Shown here: one piece after another, positions 51,208-62,049 of the stretch
Position numbering within the stretch: position 1 is the first letter of the stretch
Layout of the letters: each line of letters starts with the position of its first letter
DNA from: Octopus vulgaris
Lineage: Eukaryota
Length of the DNA stretch: 64,000 bases
Reading direction: 5' to 3'
Assembly: GCA_951406725.2 (NCBI GenBank)
Contig: OX597823.1
Coordinates: 19,158,001 to 19,222,000 of the forward strand
The notes under the pieces: model-generated
Database searches by the model: none
Seen by the model: only the letters and a program-made list of their open reading frames with translations
Told to the model about the DNA's origin: nothing
Translations under genes and position numbers: made by a program

Positions 51208-51381
51208 CCTGGTTGTATCTATCAATACTTGGCTGCATCTGCCACAGCCTGGTTGCATCCACCATAACCTAGTTGTGTCCACACGGTCTGTGTCATATGC
51301 TCACAAGATTTGGTTTGCCAAAAAGCTGCCAATTTTCCTTTTATCTCCATTACAAAGTGGCTCCATTCATTACCTTGCCTC

Positions 51382-51615
51382 TTAACCTTTTCATTACTGT
51401 ATTTCTGTTGATGTTAAGATGCTCTGTGTTTCTTTCAATTACTTTAAATATACCAAAGAATTTAGTAAAATAACTTAGTTGTCATTCAGCTTGTGTTAGG
51501 AACAAAAATTGTGATAAAGGAATGGTGGAAGATTTTAATTGAAAACTTATGAAAACAAGACATTTGTACTCAGAGCCAGAGCCAGTTTCAGCCAGGTTGG
51601 TAACAAAAGGGTTAA
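51382..51615. mobile_element. piggyBac-type MITE family P2, inverted
   Basis: ttaaccttttcattac...ggtaacaaaagggttaa. Confidence 0.82.
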
Positions 51616-51940
51616 ACAACTGCCCTCATCTCAGTTTCATATCTTGTTATGACAGTCTCTTCCTTGGCTTCAACTTCTCAGCAGCCATAGTGTTGCTGTG
51701 ACTGCAAGGACACTATTTTATTTTGACATGCCTTCAGTTCAAACAAAATCTGTTTGGTTTTTAACAGTTGTTTACGAAAAACGTGTCTGGTTGGTTGGGT
51801 GACTGGAGTGGGAAGAGGGCCAGTAATACTTTTAAATACTCCTACCTGAATAAAAGAGTTCAAACTAGGAGGAGGGCTATTGTCTGTCTGTCTCTCTCTC
51901 TGGTGGTGGTTATGGGTAGATATTAGTTCCTTTCAGTTAA

Positions 51941-52757
51941 TCATCATCATCATTTAGCATCTGCTTTCCATGCTAGCATGGGTTGGACGGTTCAACTGGG
52001 GTCTGCGAAGCCAGAAGGCTGCATCAGGCCCAGTCTGATCTGGCAGTGTTTCTACAGCTGGATGCCCTTCCTAACGCCAACCACTCCGTGAGTGTAGTGG
52101 GTGCTTTTTACGTGCCACCCGCACAGGTGCCAGACGGAGCTGGCAAACGGCCACGGACGGGTGGTGCTTTTTACATGCCACCGGATGGAATTACAACAGA
52201 AAAGAAGAAATATATAGATAAATCTTTTACAAAAGGTACAACTGTTGAATGTGATGCAGTGAAGTTATGGTAGTTAATTATTTTCTTTTGTAATCATTCT
52301 AATCAGTTATTCTGTTTTTGTTTCAAGTTCAATGTAATTTATTATATTTACAATATTGTAATTATAGTAAATCGCTTTTATTTAACTTAGTGATGTAAAT
52401 AACAATTTTCTATTGTTATTGTCCATTGCCAGCCTCGCCTGGCCCCCGTGCCGGTGGCACGTAAAAGCACCATCCGTTCGTGTCCGTTACCAGCCTCACC
52501 TGGCCCCCGTGCCAGTGGCACGTAAAAGCACCATCTGTTCGTGGCCGTTTTCCATCTCCGTCTGGCACCTGTGCGGGTGGCACGTAAAAAGCACCCACTA
52601 CACTCATGGAGTGGTTGGCGTTAGGAAGGGCATCCAGCCGTAGAAACACTGCCAGATCAGACTGGGCCTGATGTGGCCTTCCAGCTTCACAGACCCCAGT
52701 TGAACCGTCCAACCCATGCTAGCATAGAAAGCGGACGCTAAATGATGATGATGATGA
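51941..52757. mobile_element. Divergent pair of RTE 3' tail copies (51941-52185 minus, 52420-52757 plus)
   Basis: Two near-identical copies in opposite orientation about 235 bp apart; ORF track gives MDGSTGVCEA... on both strands. Confidence 0.85.
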
Positions 52758-53993
52758 TTGTTGATATTTAGACTCAACCTAACCATGATTGAGCAGAAAA
52801 GTATTCTTCTCACAACTCTCATTTTTCTATTTTTTTTTTTTTTTTTGTCTAAGTGTATCAAGGTCTACATAAGCCAATATATCCTTCCATTTTAAAGATG
52901 AAACAGTCAGATGGTTTGAGAAAGATTTAGTTGCTATTTCCAGCATTTCAGGTGGCCATATTCAATGCTGCTGACTTGCTAATAGCTGTACAAATCTTGA
53001 CTTCTATTGTGGAACCTGATATCTATGAGATTTAGAATTTAAAATGTTGTCTCTGTCTTTCCCATTGTAATAACAACAAGTATTTATTTTACTTGACTGA
53101 GGTTTTACTACTGGTATTAGTGAAACAGGTCATTCCTTTTCTGGCCTCTAATTTTTATGTCAAAGCTGGTAGAGAGTGACCGTGGGAGATGTATGGAGAT
53201 TTAGCTATAATAATCAGAGCAAATGATAAGAGACCTCATTAGCTTTGTGATTGCAGTCAGATTAAATTAAGGTCCAAATAAATTCATACAGTCTGCTACT
53301 AGCCTACTAATTCTAGGGGTTTCTTTAATATGTTTATATAGCATATCTTTGCAACAGTATAATGTGTGTATGTGTTTTCTGCATACACTGACAGATTTCA
53401 TCCAGTAAAAGGAGAATTTCTGCTGTATGATAGCCTATGGTAGCCTATAACTGTAAAGGAGCCTTGACTGCATGTTGTAAGGTTATTATCCAGATGATAT
53501 ATACACACACATGCTTGCAACTATATATAGTCATAACTTCCATATTATAATTTTTTTTATGTATTCTGTAGAAAAAATAGTACGGAACAAAACATCTTGG
53601 AGCATTTTTTGTTCTGAGTTCAAATCCCACCCATGTCAACTTTCATCATTCCAAAGTTGGTATAATAAATGTCTGTTTACAAGTACCATGATTGATAAAA
53701 TCAACTAAAACCTTTGTATACAGTGCCCCGGCATGGCCACAAAGCTATGACTGAAATTAGTGAAAGAGGTGAAAGGATATTGGCTGTCAATATATACTCA
53801 GTTTTTATTAAGATGGAGAGGTAAGGTGTGATTTGAGAAAGATTGAGCTATTGCTTCTAGCAGGTGAAGAAATGGCCATATATATATTTTTTATTTTTAA
53901 GATGGAGAGATAGGGTGTGATTTGAGAAAGATTGAGCTATTGCTTCTAACAGGTGAGGAAGTGGCCATATATATATATATATATACATATATA

Positions 53994-54318
53994 TCATCAT
54001 CATCATCGTCGTTTAATGTCCGTTCTCCATGCTAGCATGGGTTGGACGGTTCGACCGGGGATCTGGGAAGCCAGGAGGCTGCACCAGGCTCCGGTCTTAT
54101 CTGGCAATGTTTCTACAGCTGGATGCCCTTCCTAACGCCAACCACTCCGTGAGTGTAGTGGGTGTTTTTTACGTGCCACCTGCACTGGAGCCAGGCGAGG
54201 CTGGCATCGGCCATGGTCGGATTGGTGCATTTTACGTGCCACCTGCACGGAAGCCAGTCGAGGCGGCACTGGCTTCGGCCACGATTCGGATGGTGCTTTT
54301 TACGTGCCACCGACACGG
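53994..54318 (-). mobile_element. RTE 3' tail copy (different subfamily) in tandem with the long RTE
   Basis: Separated from the long element only by tatatata and preceded by (TA)n. Confidence 0.85.
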
Positions 54319-54326
54319 TATATATA

Positions 54327-57227
54327 TCATCATCATCATCATCATCATTTAGCGTCCGTTTTCCATGCTAGCATGGGTTGGACGGTTCTGCTGGGGTCTG
54401 TGAAGCCAGAAGGCTTCATCAGGCCCAGTCAAATCTGGCAGTGTTTCTACGGCTGGATGCCCTTCCTAACGCCAACCACTCCGTGAGTGTAGTGGGTGCT
54501 TTTTACGTGCCACCCGCACTGGTGCCAGCCAGAGCTGGCAAACGGCCACGAACGGATGGTGTTTTTTATGTGCCACCGGCACGAGGGCCAGGCGAGGCTG
54601 GCAACGAACACGAAACGGGGCGGTGCTGGCAACGGTCGCGAAACGGAAGGTTCTCTTACATGCCACCGGCACTGGTAACACATCTGCAATTTCCATTGAT
54701 CGATTTCCATTGATCGATTTCGATTCTGATCCTCACTTGCCTCAATGGGTCTTCACAAGCAGAGTTTCGACATGCCACCGGCACTGGTAGCACATCCGCA
54801 ATTTCCATTGATCGATTTCGATTCTGATCCTCACTTGCCTCAACACGTCTTCACAAGTAGAGTTTTGTGTCCCAAGAAGGGAAGGTATGCATACGTAGGC
54901 TGACTCCATCCCATGTAGAAGGCCACGGGTTGTGGACTCACTTGTCCTGCCGGGTCTTCTCGCGCACAGCACACTTCCAGAGGTCTCGGTCTCTAGTCAT
55001 TTCCTCGGTGAGACCTAAAGTTCGAAGGTCGTGCTTCACCACCTCGTCCCAGGTTTTCCTGGGTCTGCCTCTTCCACAGGTTCCCTCAACCGCTAGGGTG
55101 TGGCACTTTTTCACACAACTATCTTCATCCATTCTCGCCACATGACCATACCAGCGCAAACGTCTCTCTTGCACACCACAACTGATGCTTCTTAGGTCCA
55201 GCTTTTCTCTCAAGGTACTTACACTCTGCCGAGTGTGAGTACTGGCATTACACATCCATCGGAGCATACTGGCTTCATTTCTAGCGAGCTTACGCATATC
55301 CTCAGCAGTCACGGCCCATGTTTCACTGCCATGTAGCATGGCTGTTCGTACACACGCATCATACAGTCTGCCTTTCACTCTGTGCGAGAGGCCTTTTGTC
55401 ACCAGCAGAGGTAAGAGCTCTCTGAACTTTGCCCAAGCTATTCTTACTCTAGCAGTTACACTTTCAGCACACCCGCCCCCGCTGCTGACTTGGTCACCTA
55501 GGTAACGGAAACTATCAACTATTTCTAGTTTTTCTCCCTGGAAAGTGACAGAAGTTGGTCTCAGAGCATTTTCAGTGTTTATTGTTCCTGAGCATCTGCC
55601 ACATACAAAAACCATCTTCCTAGTTAGCCTTCCTTTGACATTGCTGCATCTCTTATGTGTCCATAGCTTACACTTGGTGCATCTTATAGAGTTTCTACCT
55701 ACACCTTTTCTACAGATCGAGCAGGGCCATCTACCTGAAGGTGTTTGTGATTTGTCTACCTTCCTACTGATTACGACTTTGGTTTTAGCTAGATTGACTC
55801 TGAGGCCCTTCGATTCTAATCCTTGTTTCCACACCTGAAACTTCTCCTCCAGTTCTGATAGCGACTCAGCAATTAGAGCAAGGTCATCAGCATAGAGGAG
55901 CTCCCAAGGGCATCCTGTCTTGAATTCCTCCGTTATTGCCTGGAGGACTATGATAAATAGGAGGGGGCTGAGTACTGAGCCTTGGTGGACCCCTACCTCT
56001 ACCCGGAATTCTTCACTGTACTCATTTCCAACCCTCACCCTACTAGCGGCGTCCCTATACATGGCCCGCACAGCTCTCACTAACCATTCATCTATCCCTA
56101 GTTTTCTCATTGCCCACCAGATAAGGGATCGGGGGACCCTGTCGAAGGCTTTCTCCATGTCAACAAAAGCCAGGTACAGGGGCTTATCTTTGGCTAGGTA
56201 TTTCTCCTGCAGCTGCCTTACCAGGAATATAGCATCAGTAGTACTTTTCCCTGGCACAAACCCAAACTGCATCTCATCTAAACTAACTCTCTCTCTAATT
56301 AGTTGGGCTATGACCCTCTCCGTAACCTTCATCACCTGGTCCAACAGCTTGATACCTCTGTAGTTGTTTGTATCTAGGGCATCACCTTTACCTTTGTAGC
56401 AGTTGACTATTATACTGCTACACCAGTCATTGGGTATGACCCCTTTGTGTATCACCTGATTAACTATATGGGTGACTAGGCTATAGCCGACACTACCAGA
56501 CATTTTGAGCATCTCTGCAGTGATTCCTGATGGGCCTGGGGCTTTCCCTGTCTTCATGCTTCTAATTGCCTTAGCTACCACAGAACTATCAACTCGGATA
56601 GCTGGTCCCTCTGTTGGGTCAACATTCGGCAGACTCTCTTTATCCCATTCATTTTCTTCATTCAGCAACCTTTCATAGTGGCATCTCCAAACCTCTCTCT
56701 TTGCATCCTCATTTAGCGCAAGTGAACCATCTTCCATGCGAACACACTTCTCTCCTACCACATCACGATTCTCTCTCACACACTGTCTTGCAACACGAAA
56801 CACCTCCAGTCTTTGGTCCTCACGGCGCAGAACATTGGCAAATTTTTTCTTATCTGCTTCCCCTCTGGCTAAATAAACCTGTCTCCTAGCTTCTCTTTTG
56901 GCAGTCTGATACAATTCCCTGCTACCCCCATTTTTCCAGACCTTCCAAGCCTGTCTCTTTTCTCTGATAGCCCTGTCTACAATATTGTTCCACCACCACG
57001 TTATTCTAGGTCGAGAGGGGACTTTGCACCAGCCACAGATCTGGTCAGTGGCTCTCAGCAGGTTGTCCCTTAGAAACGTCCAGCTGTCTTCTACCCCCTG
57101 TGATGCTCTATCCCCTTCTACTTCGTCAGAGGCTTCAAGTAATATGTCCCTAAATCTCTGTCCATTTGCAGGATCTTTAAGCTTCCAGATCCTTCTTCTC
57201 CATATTTGTCGTCTTCTGGTTGTCCTC

Positions 57228-57229
<2 letters not shown>
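54327..57229 (-). mobile_element. Young 5'-truncated RTE-clade non-LTR retrotransposon, antisense in afadin intron
   Basis: RT-encoding ORF, repetitive 3' UTR and a (GAT)n tail read as (CAT)n at 54327. The 5' end breaks off at a (TA)n tract near 57230. The endonuclease domain is absent. Confidence 0.93.
54938..57229 (-). CDS. RTE ORF (partial): linker, reverse transcriptase with embedded PHD-like finger, RTE C-terminus
   Basis: ORF track 54938..56914 (658 aa). Manual translation shows the frame stays open about 105 more codons to the truncation point (RRTTRRRQIWRRRIWKLKDP...TWWWNNIVDRAIREKR). Motifs: KAPGPSG, NYRGIKLL, QFGF, FVDMEKAFD, GVHQGSVLSP, YADD, FRYLG, RLRWYGHVARM, GRPRKTW. Confidence 0.92.
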
Positions 57230-57270
<41 letters not shown>

Positions 57271-58085
57271 ATGCCTTTGGTAGTTTTGCATTTGCTTCTG
57301 GTATTTTTCACCCAGGTTTCCATGCTTGCATGTGTGTGGAATATTTGTTATGGCAATTGTTGTTTTGCAACTGGATGCCCTTCAAGTTGCTAACATTTCA
57401 AGTGTGATGTAGGGGATTCCAAGCAGACAGAATATGTTTTGTTTGCTAGGCAGGCATCAAAGAATATCCATAGTAGCAATATTTGAACTTGAGACCAACT
57501 TGTTAATAAATTGTATGGTGCACTACAGTAAAGCATATGTTATGTAATATGAAACGATCAGGTATATTGAAAAATTGACAATACAAGTTCATGGGTAATC
57601 TAATAAATGCAGACAAATGTAAACAAATGTTTTTGATTTATCTTTAAATGGACCAATAAACGAGGATTGTCTTGAGTGGTGTCAACTCTAATCAGAATGT
57701 TTGTGGGTCTCTGTTGGAGATTCCATTTAACTGAATCCTTATTTCTGTCCATGAAGAGATAAAGAAATAAAATTTGTTTATATCGGTTCAAATGTATCAT
57801 ATTATAAATCACTGCAATGGCTAACCCTTCTTTTCTTTATTTTTACATTCATCATCTGAAATCTGATACTTTTCCCCATTTCATATCATAAGGTTAATTT
57901 AAGAAAACTAGTTAGTTTTATCTGCTGCTTTTGTGCTAGAAAAAGGAAAGTTGACTCCATATTTTCAAGAATTCATTTTTCTATCTATTGCGATTTCTAT
58001 GTATTAACCCTTTTGTTATTGTGTTCTTGTTGATTTTACCCTGCCTTTGTTTCAATAAATTTTGAAGATAATAATTTAGTGAAAT

Positions 58086-58484
58086 CATTATCATCATCAT
58101 CATCATTTAGCGTCCGCTTTCCATGCTAGCATGGGTTGGACGGTTCAACTGGGGTCTGTGAAGCCAGAAGGCTGCATCAGGCCCAGTCTTATCTGGCAGT
58201 GTTTCTACGACTGGATGCCCTTCCTAACGCCAACCACTCCGTGAGTGTAGTGGGTGCTTTTTATGTGCCACCTGCACAGGTGCCAGACAGAACTGGCAAA
58301 CGGCCACGATCGGATGGTGCTTTTTACGTGCCACCGGCACGGGGGCCAGGCAAAGCTGGCAACGGCCATGAACGGATGGTGCTATTACGTGCCACCGGCA
58401 CAGGGGCCAGGCGAGGCTGGCAATGGCCACGAACGGATGGTGCTTTTTACGTGCCACCGGCACGGAGGCCAGTCGGAGCGGCGC
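58086..58484 (-). mobile_element. RTE 3' tail copy with 11-bp target-site duplication, nested in a piggyBac-type MITE
   Basis: TSD tttagtgaaat at 58075-58085 and 58485-58495. Another tail copy at about 62190-62387 (+). Confidence 0.88.
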
Positions 58485-58716
58485 TTTAGTGAAATAACTG
58501 TCATTATTAAGCTAGTGTTTGATACCATGTGAAATTTTGTTAGTAAATTTAAATTTAGATCACTTTAAACCAGGAAATTTGTATCAAAGAATCACAGGCA
58601 GTCTCAGATAGGTTGGTATTAAAAAGGTTAAACAGATTTTTAAAAATAACAATCTTATTCATTGTAGTTTTGTCTCTCATGTAGAAGCATTTGTGGGTCT
58701 TCTCTTAAAAATGTTA

Positions 58717-59080
58717 GGGTGGCTGTGTGGTAAGTAGCTTGCTTACGAACCACATGGTTCCAGGTTCAGTCTCACTGTGTGGCACCTTGGCCAGGTGTCT
58801 TCTACCAAAGCCTTGTGAGTGGATTTGGTAGACGGAAACTGAAAAAGAAGCCCATCGTATATATGTGTGTTTGTGTGTCTGTGTTTGTTCCCCTAACATC
58901 GCTTGACAACCGATGCTGGTGTGTTTACATCCCCGTAACTTAGTGGTTCGGCAAAAGAGACCGATAGAATAAGTACTAGGCTTACAAAGAATAAGACCTG
59001 GGGTCGATTTGCTCGACTAAAGGCGGTGCTCCAGCATGGCCACAGTCAAATGACTGAAACAAGTAAAAGAGCAAAGGGTA
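58717..59080 (+). mobile_element. SINE family A
   Basis: Family A motifs. Other copies at about 38670-38900 (-), 41895-42500 (-, interrupted) and 45880-46200 (-). Confidence 0.82.
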
Positions 59081-59641
59081 TAGCAATCACTGAGTCAGTG
59101 AAGGGTGCTTCTTGATTTCCTCAGCATATCCAATTCCTTAAAAGACATATCTGGAATATTTGTTTATTGAAACCTTTTTTTTACAGGAGTTAAACACTAA
59201 TTGCCCCTATTCACTCTTCTACAATGTCCTTCATTCTCTAACCTTTCATCACCTGACATAAAGCTTCCACTCTACAGATATCACTCTCAGTCAATGGGGA
59301 TGTTAGTCTTGCAAGCTGTATGGTGCCTTAACTGGTGCTGTTGCCACAATGGAAGCACCCAGTATACGATTTAAAGTGGTTGGCTTTAGGAAGAGCATCC
59401 AGCTGTAGAAACTGCACCAAAACAGACATGAGAGCACAATGCAGTCTTTGGAACCCATTGAGTTCATCTAACCCATGCAAGTTTGGAAGGCAGCATTAAA
59501 AGATAAATCTTTTTTATTTGTTTTTTGTTTTTGTTTTTTTAAATGCAAAAATGGGTCTGTTTTTAGTGCTGTTTCTCTGTAACATAACTGTTCCTCACAC
59601 TTAATAATATACACATCTATCTATTTTTATAATCATTTCAG

Positions 59642-59921
59642 GATGAGTTTTTTGAGATAGAAAGGGATGTTGGAGGGTTCAAGAGAAAACTGTCGAAACG
59701 GGAGAAAAAAGAGAAAAAGAAAAGAGAGAAGGAGAGATTAAGAAACAAAGAGAATCTGGAGAAAGATGCCACCCTTGCAGAGAAACTTTACACAGATGTG
59801 CCAGAAAACAGTTTTACTCGGAGTATCTCTAACCCCGAGGCTGTTATGCGACGACGCCGCCAACAGAAAGTAGAAAAACGCCTACAGGAGTTCCGTAATG
59901 AAGAAGGAGGTTCAGAATCTG
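59642..59921 (+). CDS. AFDN: Afadin coding exon, basic/coiled-coil linker between RA1 and RA2 (absent from the ORF track)
   Basis: Acceptor aatcatttcag, donor G|gtaaga, 280 nt (phase 0 to 1). Translates DEFFEIERDVGGFKRKLSKREKKEKKKREKERLRNKENLEKDATLAEKLYTDVPENSFTRSISNPEAVMRRRRQQKVEKRLQEFRNEEGGSES, matching afadin FKR.LSK.EKKEKKKREKE and SFTR.ISNPE.VM.RRRQQK.EKR.QEFR. Confidence 0.95.
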
Positions 59922-60798
59922 GTAAGAATCCTTTATTTTTATTCATTCATTCATGAAAGCCTGTTCTGTTAGATATGGTTAACCCTTTAGCAATGAAACC
60001 GGCCATATCCGGCCAAAAAATATTCTACCTGTTTTATGTTCAAACTGGCCAGATCTGGTCTCTCAAACCAACCCTACAATATCGTTTTAAAAATTAACAA
60101 CTACCTCATTAAAATCTCATAGCTACAAGATAATGCGTGATTAGTTCAAAACAATGTGGATAAAAAAGCATTAATTTTGGTTAAAGCACCAGGCTAAATC
60201 CTTTACAGCATTTAGTCTGGTCTCTTGACATCTTTAAATCCTTACAGAGTTTACAAAAATGTTCATCACTCCAAGGTCAACAAAAATCAATACCAGTAAA
60301 ATATTGAGGGTTTTACAGTTATAGTAATATACTTCTATACTTAGAGGACATTTTACTTCTATTAGGAATAACCTCTTCAATTCTTTCCTCTTTTCTTTTC
60401 CTCTTTAACTTCCCCCTTTTCTTCTCTTTCCTCTTTCTCTCTTCCCTTCTTTCTTTCCCTTTTTTCCTTTCTTACTCTCCTTTCTCATAAATTTCTCTCT
60501 TCTCATCTGATTCGGTCTTTATATATAATCTTTGTGATTAATCTGTATATTTTGTATCTTTTCATTTGTCTTGCTCACTTACGTTCTGGCGTTTGCTAAA
60601 TTTTCTTGAGAACATTCCTTTCTTAGTGGTAAGACCAGGGGTGGGGGCAACTTCAAGCATATTGATGTCCACTTAGTGGTCGTCCCTCTTACATGTATGT
60701 AATATAATTTTTCTGAATCTTCAGATTTTTCTATATGCTAAACCACTGTTTTTAAATAGATATTAATCAAATTAATATTCAATTTTTCACTCTTATCT

Positions 60799-60867
<69 letters not shown>

Positions 60868-61240
60868 TCCTCTCCATTTTTTGCTCTTCCATTCTTTCCC
60901 CTCTCCTCATAAATATGCACACACTTGGTTAGTCCACATTACTCCATGAGGAGCATAGGGCTGATCTCCTGGTTTCTGTGGTGTATATATTCACTCCTGG
61001 ACAGGATGCCAGTCCTTCGCAGGATTACTCATGTTTTCATGTTGAGTGGACTGGAGCAATGTGAAATGAAGTGTTTTGCTGAAGATCACAACACATTGCC
61101 CAGTCCAGGAATCAAAACCACAATCATACAGTCGCGATTCCTACACCCTTACCACTAAGCCATGCACCTCCACATATTACTCACACTATACTTGCATAAA
61201 TGTGTACAAACGAAATACCAGTAATATAATAAATCTTCTT

Positions 61241-61770
61241 TTAACCCTTTAGTATTCAGATTATTCTGTCAAATATTGTTTGTTCCTTCTCAAGCCACGC
61301 CTGGTTCATTAGCTCTGCTTTCCCGGTTTCCTTGGTGTATCGGTTCCCCACCTGGACAGGATGTCAGTCCGTCGCAGGTGAGCTGCAAGATGCAGGAGGA
61401 AAGAGTGAGAGAAAGTTGTGGCGAAAGAGTCAGCAGAAGTCCGCCATTACCTTCTGCTGGAGCCGCGTGGAGCTTAAGTGTTTTGCTCATAAACACACAC
61501 ATCGCCCGGTCTGAGATTTGAACCCGCGATCCCTCGACTGCGAGTCCGCTGCTCTAACCACTAGGCCATGTGCCTCTGTCAAATATAATCCTTATTTATT
61601 CACATTGCTTTGAAATAATCATGCATTATCTCACAGCTTTGAGATTTCATTGATGTGATTGATTATATTTAGAATGATGTAAGGTAAGTGTAAGAGACCA
61701 GATCTGGCTGATTTCCACATAAAAGAGAATATCTGGGCCTGATATGGCCTATTTAAATGCTAAAGGGTTA
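61241..61770. mobile_element. piggyBac-type MITE family P1 (TTAA-CCCTTTAG...CTAAAGGG-TTAA), split by a SINE
   Basis: Intact termini. Partial homologues at 1-134, about 4954-5060, 15965-16120, 40857-41057 and 59979-60180. Confidence 0.82.
61277..61574 (-). mobile_element. Young family-B-related SINE with 12-bp TSD, nested in a piggyBac-type MITE
   Basis: TSD tctgtcaaatat at 61265-61276 and 61575-61586; tRNA-like head ggcacatggcctagtggttagagcagcggactcgcag...ggttcaaatc. Related decayed copies at about 60940-61175 (-) and 15545-15710 (-). Confidence 0.85.
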
Positions 61771-62001
61771 ATGAACTCCTGCAAACAATTACACTTATGT
61801 AGTTAGGCTTATGACTGACCCCTATTTATAACATTTGACCTGTCCTGACTACATCTCACCCCTATTTACAAGACTTGTAATCACTGTATTTGATCAGTCC
61901 TTAATAATTAACTCTAGAAATCAGTGATTTACAGATTGAATTGTCTTAAGTATTTGATATTAATCAAATTAATATTCAATTTTTCATCCTTATTTTAAAT
62001 T

Positions 62002-62049
<48 letters not shown>

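Noticed and set aside
54938-56914. RT as retron, group II intron, DGR or host gene
   Set aside because: RTE-specific C-terminal motifs, (GAT)n tail, 5' truncation and many dispersed copies identify a LINE. Plus-strand ORFs here are antisense shadows.
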